64,000 nucleotides of DNA from Marine Group II euryarchaeote MED-G35 (GTDB lineage: Archaea; Thermoplasmatota; Poseidoniia; Poseidoniales; Thalassarchaeaceae): NCBI GenBank assembly GCA_002457155.1, contig NTJS01000002.1:8630-72629 (forward strand), read 5' to 3'. The notes under the pieces were generated by a model. The model worked only from the letters and a program-made list of their open reading frames with translations, did no database searches and was not told the origin of the DNA. This document shows, in pieces, positions 28,019-36,621 of this stretch. The position numbers and the translations under genes are program-made. How positions within the stretch are numbered: position 1 is the stretch's first letter; every line of letters begins with the position of its first letter.

Positions 28019-28756
28019 ATGTCGAAGAAGGGTATCCTGATTGCCGTTGAGGGGATGGACGGATCCGGGAAGAGCACGCAAGCAAAGCTGCTGTACCACT
28101 GGCTGAGGGCCAAGGGGCTGCCAGTCTTCCACACGGAGTGGAACTCCAGCAAGATCGTCAAGGAGGCAACGAAGAAGGGGAAGAACACCCGACGCCTGCT
28201 GCCCATGACATTCCACATGATACACGCTGCCGACTTCGCTGACAGGTGGGCACAGCAGATTGAACCCGTCTTGGAGATAGGGGGGATAGTGATCTGCGAT
28301 CGCTACAAGTACACCGCCATGGCAAGGGACGGATCCAGGGATGTCCCCCGCGAGGTCATCGAGGAGACATACTCATTCGCCAGGGAGCCTGACCTGACTC
28401 TGTACTTCGACGTCCCAGTGGATGTAAGCTTCGATAGGATAGCCAAGGGGAGGCCAAGGCTGAAGTTCTACGAGGCCGGGATGGACATGGGGTGGACGAC
28501 CGACCCATTCGAGTCCTACAGGATATTCCAGGGTAAGGTCTCCGAGATTTATTCGGGGCTAGTGGAGGAGGGTAGAATCGTACGTCTGGATGCCGAGGGG
28601 GCGGTCGCAGAGGTTCAATCCAGGGTGAGGGCAACTTTCGACAAGCACATCGACCTCTCGTCCGTTCAGGTCATCGATCAGTCCGACAGGCTCGCTCAGA
28701 ACTTGAGCGAGTCCGACATCGACTGGCTCTCATACTCGGGAGGGGATGGGCAATGA
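28019..28756 (+). CDS. tmk: thymidylate kinase family protein
   Basis: The P-loop is EGMDGSGKST and the DRY motif is CDRYKYT. A lid-like region (GRPRLKFYE) is present. I chose the ATG at 28019. Confidence 0.75.
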   Translation: MSKKGILIAVEGMDGSGKSTQAKLLYHWLRAKGLPVFHTEWNSSKIVKEATKKGKNTRRLLPMTFHMIHAADFADRWAQQIEPVLEIGGIVICDRYKYTAMARDGSRDVPREVIEETYSFAREPDLTLYFDVPVDVSFDRIAKGRPRLKFYEAGMDMGWTTDPFESYRIFQGKVSEIYSGLVEEGRIVRLDAEGAVAEVQSRVRATFDKHIDLSSVQVIDQSDRLAQNLSESDIDWLSYSGGDGQ

Positions 28757-29427
28757 CTCACGCGGGCAAGCTGATTGTAATCGAGGGCCCCGACCACGTA
28801 GGAAGGACCCTACACGCGCGCCTCCTATCTGCCAGGTTGAAGGCGAACGGCATTGCAACCCACATCATAGGCCTGGCCCGTTCCGAACTGATGGGCGAGA
28901 TTGTCAAGTCAAGAACTGCTGACATCCACCAGCTAAACTGGCGAACAAGGTCGCTCCTGTACGCCACCGACCTGCACGACCAGATCAAGCACGAGGCAGA
29001 ACCGCTGCTGGATGCCGGATTCGTGGTCATCGCTGACCGGTACACACTCACTCCGAGGATCAGGGAGCAGGTAAGGGGCGGGGATGGTGATTGGATCGAC
29101 TCGCTATACTCCAATACCCCCGATCCCGATGCTATGATCGTACTCCACGCAGGGCCTCGCCGACTGTTGAACCGAATCATGTTCGGAGAGAGCCTGGAGG
29201 CACTGAACCACTTCGAAGCAGGGATGGACCTCGCGCTCTCCTCGTCCATCACCTCGTCCTTCCTGCAGTACCAGAAGATCCTCAGGCAGGAGTTCCAGGA
29301 TGCCGGGAAGAAAGCCGGCGCCACCCTGATTCCGACTAGGCACACCGTCCAAGACGTCCATGACAGGATATGGGAGTCGGTAAAGCCAGTCGTGGAGCAC
29401 ATGCTACAGCCGATAGATGGGAACTAG
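28753..29427 (+). CDS. thymidylate kinase-like paralogue with degenerate P-loop
   Basis: It shares the fold (IVIEGPDHVGRT, ADRY), but the P-loop lysine is replaced by arginine. It overlaps the upstream tmk in an ATGA. Confidence 0.6.
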   Translation: MTHAGKLIVIEGPDHVGRTLHARLLSARLKANGIATHIIGLARSELMGEIVKSRTADIHQLNWRTRSLLYATDLHDQIKHEAEPLLDAGFVVIADRYTLTPRIREQVRGGDGDWIDSLYSNTPDPDAMIVLHAGPRRLLNRIMFGESLEALNHFEAGMDLALSSSITSSFLQYQKILRQEFQDAGKKAGATLIPTRHTVQDVHDRIWESVKPVVEHMLQPIDGN

Positions 29428-30854
29428 CCCAGTATATCCGCCACAACATCCGGTTGGGTTAGGTAGGCGAAGAGGCTTATTCCGGCGAACATCATCATCC
29501 AAGAGCCCGTAGCCTTCACGATAGACGAGTGCCTCCTCAGGGAGTCGATCAGAGCCCCCCTGCCCATCCCAACCATAGCAGTCACCCCAATCATCAGTAG
29601 TGAGACGGATATCATCAGCCCACCCATGCCCATCACAAGTGCGCCCTCGCCGACCACTGCCAGCCATGCCACGAATGGGAAAACCGCAGCCGCAGTGCAG
29701 TCCACCGAAGCAGCGCTGTAGCCGATACCCCACAGGTACATGTTCCTCCTGGGGGTGAAACGCTCGTCATCCTCCGTGGTCATGTGCCTGTCCAGCATCC
29801 CTTGGACCCGTGACAGCACGTGCGATGTCCATCCCATGAGCATCAATGCCCCTAGCAGAACTAGGAGGAGGGCGATTCCCACTGCAATGTCATGTAGGAC
29901 TCCGGACAGGTTCAGAAAACCGTCAAGACCGAAGATCACGACTCCCACCGAACCAAAGAATGTCAGTTGGCCCAGAGCCGCGTATGTACCCACCTCAAGG
30001 GCACTAGGCGCGGCACCCTCCAGCTTCCCCGCCTCTCGGAGCTCGTCCTCCCTCACCCCGAGGCTAAGGCAGTAGCTGATGTATGATGGTAGGACCGGGA
30101 ATGCGCAGGGTGAGAAGTAGACAAGGACGCCAAGGAAGAGTCCGATTACGAAGACCCCAGAGAATGACCTGTCCGCCTTCTCGATGCCGAATCGAAGGCT
30201 CTCCGCATCTCCCTCGATCGCCCTGTCAACGGCCCTGTCGAATGACGACCACCCATCCAGAGGCGTCCCAGTGCCCTCCTTTGCCACCACGTAACCCTCA
30301 TGGTCGATCACGTACACAATCGGGAGGTTCTGAGCCGCATAGTGCTCCACCAGGTCTCCCCTGGAACCGTTGCCCAGGAGTATCGAGTCGGTGGCACCGT
30401 TTGCCACAGGCCAACGCATGTGCTTGTCCGAATCAGAGTCCCCGAACGTCTGGTTGATCCAGTCGAATGACTCGTATCCGTACCAGGATCCGATTGATAG
30501 CGCCACGACTGGGTACTCGGAGCTAGAGTCCTGCCACGAGTCTAGGCTATCCTCGATGTGCCCCTGTACGTAGTGGCAGTTGGCGCAGTCAACTGCGGTG
30601 AAGTCGAGGATGACCACACTCCCCCTCAGATCGGAGAGCTTCACCATCCCCCTATCATCCGCAATGGAGTCGTCAATCCCGGTCCTGTTCATGGTCATCA
30701 CCTCGAAGTCAGGAACAAGCTCAGCATCATCGGATACCCCGTAAAGCGAAGACGACACTCCGAAAATCGATAGAGATGCATAGGCAATCACGCAGAAAAG
30801 GACGATGCCGATTCCGAATGCCTTCCAGGTGTCCTGCTCGCGCAAAACCCCCAT
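29424..30854 (-). CDS. TlpA-like thioredoxin domain fused to CcdA/DsbD-type thiol-disulfide transporter
   Basis: An N-terminal TM helix is followed by an extracytoplasmic redoxin domain with CANC. A polytopic domain then carries the CcdA motif SPCAFPVLP. I chose the ATG at 30854, because the track ORF runs on through tRNA-Val. Confidence 0.8.
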   Translation of the reverse strand: MGVLREQDTWKAFGIGIVLFCVIAYASLSIFGVSSSLYGVSDDAELVPDFEVMTMNRTGIDDSIADDRGMVKLSDLRGSVVILDFTAVDCANCHYVQGHIEDSLDSWQDSSSEYPVVALSIGSWYGYESFDWINQTFGDSDSDKHMRWPVANGATDSILLGNGSRGDLVEHYAAQNLPIVYVIDHEGYVVAKEGTGTPLDGWSSFDRAVDRAIEGDAESLRFGIEKADRSFSGVFVIGLFLGVLVYFSPCAFPVLPSYISYCLSLGVREDELREAGKLEGAAPSALEVGTYAALGQLTFFGSVGVVIFGLDGFLNLSGVLHDIAVGIALLLVLLGALMLMGWTSHVLSRVQGMLDRHMTTEDDERFTPRRNMYLWGIGYSAASVDCTAAAVFPFVAWLAVVGEGALVMGMGGLMISVSLLMIGVTAMVGMGRGALIDSLRRHSSIVKATGSWMMMFAGISLFAYLTQPDVVADILG

Positions 30855-30967
30855 ATCGATGCCCTCTGCCACGGGTTTCCGAGCCCTCTGCCTCTTTTGA
30901 CACCGGCGGGGACATGATGCCAGCCTGTCACCAATCTTATCCGCAGAGGATTGCTGGCAAATAGGCC

Positions 30968-31040
30968 GGGCTCGTGGTCTAGGGGTTATGACGTCGCCTT
31001 CACATGGCGAAGATCGCAGGTTCAATTCCTGCCGAGCCCA
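30968..31040 (+). tRNA. tRNA-Val (anticodon CAC), CCA encoded at 31041-31043
   Basis: I folded a cloverleaf by hand. The acceptor is GGGCTCG/CGAGCCC, the anticodon arm is TCGCC-TTCACAT-GGCGA, and the T arm is GCAGG-TTCAATT-CCTGC. Confidence 0.9.
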
Positions 31041-31753
31041 CCATCGACCAATTCTCGCATAAGGGAGGATGCTCCTATGCGCATGCGCCCCTTTCCGACG
31101 ATGGAGCCGTCCTTCTCCTCTATAATGGAAATCAGCCTCTCCGCATCCTTTCTTTTCGAGATCCCGCCCGATACCTTGACCCCCGGACTCCCTTCGAAGG
31201 AAAGACAGTGCCTGCTGACCTCCTCCGCCATTATGGCAGCAGCCTCGTCACTGCAACCACCCCTCTTGCCGGTACACGACTTGACGAAGTCTGCCCCGAC
31301 TGCCAGTGCCATTCTGGTAACCGCCCTTAGCCGACGCTCATCTAGCAACGGGGCCTCCAGGATTACCTTCAGGATCAGCCCTTGTGACGCCTCCCTCATG
31401 GCAATGAGCTTGGCTAGCTCTGCTTCCCCAGGGAATGAGGGGCCGTCATCGGGCTCCAAAACGCAGTCTATCTCATCGGCCCCCTTCGATGCCGCCTGAC
31501 TTACCGCATCGAATATCTCGTCAGGGGATTCACTACCTCGTGGGAACCCACCTGCAACCAAGGCCAGTGAAACCACAGGGTCGATCCGCCCCTTGACGAA
31601 CTCGGCATGCTTGGGGAAAACACAGACTGCTGCCGTCCGATGCCTGCTGGCAAGATCGCAGACCTCAGCAAGATCCTCTTCGCTGGCACCCAAGTTAAGC
31701 AGGGTCAGGTCCAGCAGATCGAGGATTTCCCTCTTCCCCATCGAGTCACTCAT
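31022..31753 (-). CDS. deoC: deoxyribose-phosphate aldolase
   Basis: The Schiff-base lysine context is GADFVKSCTGK, and GVKVSGGI is present. The ATG at 31753 overlaps the serC stop in an ATGA. The last 19 nt are antisense to the 3' end of tRNA-Val. Confidence 0.8.
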   Translation of the reverse strand: MSDSMGKREILDLLDLTLLNLGASEEDLAEVCDLASRHRTAAVCVFPKHAEFVKGRIDPVVSLALVAGGFPRGSESPDEIFDAVSQAASKGADEIDCVLEPDDGPSFPGEAELAKLIAMREASQGLILKVILEAPLLDERRLRAVTRMALAVGADFVKSCTGKRGGCSDEAAAIMAEEVSRHCLSFEGSPGVKVSGGISKRKDAERLISIIEEKDGSIVGKGRMRIGASSLMRELVDGGLGRN

Positions 31754-32859
31754 CCGTGACGACTCTCGAATTCGTCCATGAAAGAAGCGAGCGCCTCCAC
31801 GCTCTCCACCGGGCATCCGTTGTACAGGCTCGCCCTGATGCCGCCAACGCTCCTGTGACCCTTCAGGCCACCCATTCCGTTGTCCGCCGCTTCAGCCAGG
31901 AACACCTCCTCGAGGCTCTCGTCGGCTAGCCTCCATGTGACGTTCATCATCGATCTGGAACCAACTTCGGCATGCGGCCTCCAGAAGTCACTTCCGTCTA
32001 GCATCCCGTAGAGGAGGCCGGACTTCTTCTGGTTCCTATGGACTGCTCCTTCCAAGCCGCCATTCCCCTCTACCCATTCGAGCACCTTGTCCAGGACGAA
32101 GATACCGTATGTGTTAGGGGTGTTGAACATCGATCCCTTGGAGATGTGGGTCCGGTAGTCCAGCATGGTCGGGAGTTCCTCCTTGCCCCTGTTGGCAGCC
32201 CATGGCGAGAGGATTACGACCGTCACGCCACTCGGCCCCAGGTTCTTCTGAGCACCCGCGTAGATCAGGTCATGCTTGGAAACGTCGAGGGTAGCGCCGC
32301 AGATGTCGGAGCTGGCATCGACGACCAGCGGCTTACCGTTGCTATCGGGAAGGTGGCGGAACTGGGTCCCGAAGAGGGTGTTGTTGGAGGTGTAGTGGAG
32401 GTATTCGGCATCATCCCTTACAGAGTAGTCCCCGTCACTGGGGACTGACTTGAAACCCTTTTCGGAGTCATCCCATGCAGCCCTGCCGTCTCCGATCCTG
32501 CTTGCCTCCGCCAGGGCTTTCTTCGCCCAAATGCCAGTTACCAGGAAGTCCGCAGCGCCGCCTGGGCTCAGTAGGTTCAGTGCCGTCATGTAGAACTGGG
32601 TCGATGCACCCCCTTGGAGGAACAGCACCTCGTAGTCATCGGGGATAGAGAGGATCCTCCTCATCCTATCCATGGCCGAGTCAATCACTTCCTGGAATGC
32701 AGGGCTTCGATGCGAGACCTCCATCACCCCAAAACCGCTGCCATTCATATTGGGCAGGGATTCGGCAACCTCGGCCACCACTTCGAGAGGAAGAACAGCG
32801 GGGCCTGCCCCGAAGTTGTGAATGCGACCCGCGGCCCCCACGTTCACACGGGGCCGCAT
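31750..32859 (-). CDS. serC: phosphoserine aminotransferase
   Basis: The N-terminus NFGAGPAVLP is present and the protein has a class V aminotransferase layout. I chose the ATG at 32859. The longest ORF extends to 32910. Confidence 0.85.
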   Translation of the reverse strand: MRPRVNVGAAGRIHNFGAGPAVLPLEVVAEVAESLPNMNGSGFGVMEVSHRSPAFQEVIDSAMDRMRRILSIPDDYEVLFLQGGASTQFYMTALNLLSPGGAADFLVTGIWAKKALAEASRIGDGRAAWDDSEKGFKSVPSDGDYSVRDDAEYLHYTSNNTLFGTQFRHLPDSNGKPLVVDASSDICGATLDVSKHDLIYAGAQKNLGPSGVTVVILSPWAANRGKEELPTMLDYRTHISKGSMFNTPNTYGIFVLDKVLEWVEGNGGLEGAVHRNQKKSGLLYGMLDGSDFWRPHAEVGSRSMMNVTWRLADESLEEVFLAEAADNGMGGLKGHRSVGGIRASLYNGCPVESVEALASFMDEFESRHG

Positions 32860-32921
32860 ACGGTCTTTCAGCCCATCGGAGCAGCAATAGGGTTCATTTC
32901 TCGTTGTCAAGCCGGAGGTTT

Positions 32922-33530
32922 GTGCTACGCATCGGCCTCGTTATGCTCCAAGGGGCTCGACACTCGCACATTTCGGCCCTCGAGAGGGCTTCCAGTGAGA
33001 CTGGGATAGGCATCGAAATCCACGAACTCAGGAAGGCCTCCGACCTAGAGTCATCCGAACCGCACGCAATCGTGATGCCAGGAGGGGAGTCTACTACCAT
33101 GAGGCTAACTGGGAACGATGCAATATCCTCACTTCTTCCCGCTGTTTTCGAGTGGATCAGGGCGGACCAGATGCGCCCGGTTCTGGGCACCTGTGCTGGG
33201 GCGATACTCCTCGCAGAACCCGGAGATGGGGGAGGCCCCCTGGTGGACGCTTCAGTAGAGAGGAACGGTTTCGGCTCCCAAGCCGAGTCATTCCAAGCAG
33301 AGATCGATGCCATAGCTCTCGACAGAGAGTTCCCCGGCGTATTCATCCGCGCGCCACGCTTTGCCGATATAGGCGATGATGCCCAGGTAGTGGCCAGACT
33401 TGGCGATGAGGCGGTTGGGGTCATGACTCGGAACCGCATGGCACTAACCTTCCATCCGGAGTTGTCGCAGGACTCCGGATTCCACGAATGGCTGCTGGAG
33501 ACGACTGCTAAGCAATGGGTGGAGGCGTAG
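32922..33530 (+). CDS. pdxT: pyridoxal 5'-phosphate synthase glutaminase subunit PdxT
   Basis: IGLVMLQGARHSH, the catalytic Cys in GTCAGAILL, and FHPEL are present. I chose the GTG start at 32922, giving 202 aa. Confidence 0.85.
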   Translation: MLRIGLVMLQGARHSHISALERASSETGIGIEIHELRKASDLESSEPHAIVMPGGESTTMRLTGNDAISSLLPAVFEWIRADQMRPVLGTCAGAILLAEPGDGGGPLVDASVERNGFGSQAESFQAEIDAIALDREFPGVFIRAPRFADIGDDAQVVARLGDEAVGVMTRNRMALTFHPELSQDSGFHEWLLETTAKQWVEA

Positions 33531-34682
33531 ATGCTCTCCCTGCCCCAGGTCCCCGATCTCGCTGAGGCACCCGACCTCTCTGACACGGAGGGCTGCATCC
33601 AGTGCCAGATGGGGAGCAAGCTAGTGCTGTTCATCACCGGGAACTGCCACTGGCAATGCGACTACTGTCCCCTCTCCGAGACCCGTCGAGACGTAGACTG
33701 GATGTTTGCAAACGAGAGGAGGTGCGAGACTTTCGAAGAGGTCATTGAGGAGGCACGCGCAATGAGGGCCACGGGTGCCGGCATTACTGGGGGTGACCCT
33801 TTGATGGCGAAGGAACGTACGCTGGAGGGAATATCCCGCCTCAAGGAAGAGTTCGGCCCTGGCTTCCACTTGCACATGTACACCAGCATCCCCTTCAAGC
33901 CGGAAGTCGCCAGAGACTTCGCAGAAGCGGGCCTGGACGAGATCAGATTCCATTTGCTCGGCCTGGATGCAGAGAGGTACCGCTCGTCGATCTCTGCATG
34001 CGCAGAGGCGGGGATCCTCACTGGGGTGGAGATTCCCTGCGAGCCTGACAAGAGGGACGAACTCCTCTCACTCCTAGATGAACTGAGGGATTTCGACATC
34101 TCATTCCTGAACCTAAACGAGCTCGAAATCACGGTAGGCAACCACGATAACATGGAACTGAGGGGCTTCAACCTCTCAACCGAGATCACCGCGGGAGCCG
34201 CCGGCTCGAACGAGCTGGCACATGAAATGAAGTCCAGGGTGATGGCAGCAGATCAGGGCGTAGCCGATCCCACGGACGGAACCATACGCGAACCATTTGG
34301 ATTCCATCTGAAGTTCTGCACTGCCGTCTTCAAGGACTCCGGACAGATGAGGAGGCGCTTCCTGAGAAGGGGGGAGTCAACCATCGCCCCCCACGAGGTA
34401 CTGACCGAGGATGGGACGCTGATCTTCGGGGCCATTGATGCAGATGCCGAATCCAAGGAAGACTGGATGGATGAGCTCGTCAATGAGACCGGGCTGCCTC
34501 GGAGTTTCCTCCTCTGGGACGAGAAGAATGGCCGCATCGAGATGCCCCTGGTAATAGCAGAGGACATAGCAGAGCAGATAGAAGAACCCGTCTTCATGGT
34601 CGAGGTCCTGCCTACTCACGAGAGGCTAGAGGTCACCATGGTCCTCCTAAACGGGACCGAGGACAATGAGGCGGATTCCTGA
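33531..34682 (+). CDS. radical SAM protein (PflA-related, COG2108-like)
   Basis: The CxxxCxxC motif is CHWQCDYC, followed by GGDPLM. It starts immediately after the pdxT stop. Confidence 0.8.
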   Translation: MLSLPQVPDLAEAPDLSDTEGCIQCQMGSKLVLFITGNCHWQCDYCPLSETRRDVDWMFANERRCETFEEVIEEARAMRATGAGITGGDPLMAKERTLEGISRLKEEFGPGFHLHMYTSIPFKPEVARDFAEAGLDEIRFHLLGLDAERYRSSISACAEAGILTGVEIPCEPDKRDELLSLLDELRDFDISFLNLNELEITVGNHDNMELRGFNLSTEITAGAAGSNELAHEMKSRVMAADQGVADPTDGTIREPFGFHLKFCTAVFKDSGQMRRRFLRRGESTIAPHEVLTEDGTLIFGAIDADAESKEDWMDELVNETGLPRSFLLWDEKNGRIEMPLVIAEDIAEQIEEPVFMVEVLPTHERLEVTMVLLNGTEDNEADS

Positions 34683-34816
34683 TCTGCAAGACGAGGATGG
34701 GTCGGTTTTTCGCCCAACCAAGGTGGCTGTTTGGCCTCTGAACACTCCCCAAGTTGATATGTCCCCGACTTCCAATTGGTACCGTGCCGGTTAGGAAGCC
34801 AGACGCAGAGAACTCC

Positions 34817-36619
34817 ATGGTCAATCCATACCGGAGGCTGTCAGCCTCGCAGGTAAACGCATGGAGGAAGTGCCCGAGGCTGTGGTACTACGGTTGGATG
34901 GCGCGCCTCAAGTCACCTCTACCACCTCAGATTCTCAGGGGCAATGCCGTGGAAGAGTGCGTGTGCAGGGTACTCCGTGAATCCCCTGCCCTGCTGGCTC
35001 ACGACTCCCGTTCCTCGATGACCACGCCCCTTGCCGAGGACGGCTCTCCTGACTGGGACAGCCAGGACTACTGGGTGGGACCGGGGCTAAGCCCCCTCCC
35101 AAGGGAATCAATCCCCGATGACCGGGAATCCATGCTAGAATGGGCCACCGCAAGAGCGGAAGCGCACTTCGAAAGATGCTGGGAATCGGCGATTAGCGAT
35201 TGGGAGTCCAGCCCAAACCGAGTAGGATTAGCAGAAGACGTGGACAAAGAGGAAGGGTGGCAGATGGTCGAATCTGCGATATCACTTCACTTGGACCAGG
35301 TTCAGGCGTGCATCGACTCCAGCGGAGGTCCAAACCTGGAAGAATGGAGGTCAGGCGCTAGGCCCCACTGGCCAGCTCCCGACGGATTTCCACGGGAGTG
35401 GGAAGGACCGCACCCAGCAGCAGGCAGCGGGCAGATAACATGGGCAGAGGCGTGGGAGGTCGCCAGACCATGGTTCGTCGACCCCGATGCCAAGTCCTTC
35501 ACACAGACAAGCGCACATCCCGAAGAATGGTTCCAAGGCGAGTACGACCTCGTTTACCGATGGTCGGGAAAGACCACGATAGTCGACCTAAAGGCATCGG
35601 TGGGCAAGGGGGACAGGTCCGGAGACTATCTGGACCAACTTCGGATGTACGGTTGGCTTTGGTGGGAGACGCACGGCAGGGAAGAGGTGGTCGAGGGACT
35701 AGAGATTTGGTACCTGGGTACGGGCACCGTGAAGCAAGTCCAGCTACCATCGACGGAGGAGATGGGATACATGAAAGACGAACTAGAGGGGCTCTACAAA
35801 CAGATCCATGCCCAAGACCCGGACATCTCGATGTGCCCTCCCGAGCCATCACCACTGAGATTCTTCGACAAGGGGGGAATCCCATCCGAGACCCCCATCC
35901 ATCCTGATGAGAGGGCACGATGCACCAGATGCGACTACCGGGGGATTTGCGAGGGATCGGATTACGAGTTGGAACTTCCCTTGGAGGAACGGATAGAGAG
36001 GTTCGGACATGCATGGCCAGTGACACCCATAGGGGGGATAATCACGCGTGCCAGCATAGTGGGGGATGTCGTAGGCCTGCAAGGGCCAGAACTCATGGAT
36101 GACGGGACAATTAGCCTCCAGTTTACCCTCCAGGATGGCTATGACAGGGCACGCGTCAGACCCTCCAGGCAGGGCAACCCACGCAACGTCACCAGGGGGA
36201 TCTCCGAAGGCTCCCGTGTACGAGTTGATGGGGGGATGCCATCCATTTGGAGGGGCCAGCTACAGTTCGATCTGGACGAAAGATCGGCGGTATCCATTGC
36301 AACGGAGGATGATATCGCCCCCGTGGTCGAGGTGGAGACCAGGGTCAGCGTAGTGGGCCGCGTGTGGTCCATCGACGCCTATCCAGATGGGGCCAACGTA
36401 CGCCGTTGGTCAATCACCCTGATGGACAAGACTGGTTCGGCCGCCTCCGTTGCCTTCAAGCAGTTCATCCCAGTATCGGCCGCTGCCATCTGCCGAGGGG
36501 ATGAGATCGCAATACTGAACGGCGAGGTAGGCGAATGGGCCGGCAGGCCCCAGGTCCGTATTGGACCCGGTGCACGCGTCGTCATCCTCAAGCACGCAGA
36601 GGATACCATCGACTTCTGA
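34817..36619 (+). CDS. Cas4/RecB-like PD-(D/E)XK Fe-S nuclease fused to two C-terminal OB-fold-like domains
   Basis: There is an N-terminal Cys (WRKCPRLWYY). Nuclease motifs are YDLV, IVDLKAS and QLRMY, with a C-terminal CTRCDYRGIC. Two beta-rich modules resemble OB folds (VGDVVGL..., VSVVGRVWSI...). I chose the ATG at 34817. Confidence 0.7.
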   Translation: MVNPYRRLSASQVNAWRKCPRLWYYGWMARLKSPLPPQILRGNAVEECVCRVLRESPALLAHDSRSSMTTPLAEDGSPDWDSQDYWVGPGLSPLPRESIPDDRESMLEWATARAEAHFERCWESAISDWESSPNRVGLAEDVDKEEGWQMVESAISLHLDQVQACIDSSGGPNLEEWRSGARPHWPAPDGFPREWEGPHPAAGSGQITWAEAWEVARPWFVDPDAKSFTQTSAHPEEWFQGEYDLVYRWSGKTTIVDLKASVGKGDRSGDYLDQLRMYGWLWWETHGREEVVEGLEIWYLGTGTVKQVQLPSTEEMGYMKDELEGLYKQIHAQDPDISMCPPEPSPLRFFDKGGIPSETPIHPDERARCTRCDYRGICEGSDYELELPLEERIERFGHAWPVTPIGGIITRASIVGDVVGLQGPELMDDGTISLQFTLQDGYDRARVRPSRQGNPRNVTRGISEGSRVRVDGGMPSIWRGQLQFDLDERSAVSIATEDDIAPVVEVETRVSVVGRVWSIDAYPDGANVRRWSITLMDKTGSAASVAFKQFIPVSAAAICRGDEIAILNGEVGEWAGRPQVRIGPGARVVILKHAEDTIDF

Positions 36620-36621
36620 CA

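Noticed and set aside
30855-31025. Upstream extension of the TlpA-CcdA ORF to a TTG at 31025
   Set aside because: The extension runs antisense through the tRNA-Val gene and encodes a Cys/Arg-rich, non-membrane sequence. The Met at 30854 immediately precedes the signal-anchor helix.
28019-34682. Viperin-like antiviral module (radical SAM enzyme plus nucleotide kinases)
   Set aside because: The radical SAM gene is about 4 kb from the kinase pair and is separated from it by unrelated genes and a tRNA. Its Cys motif context (CHWQCDYC) and overall layout look like the PflA-related COG2108 type rather than viperin. A profile search would be needed to be certain.
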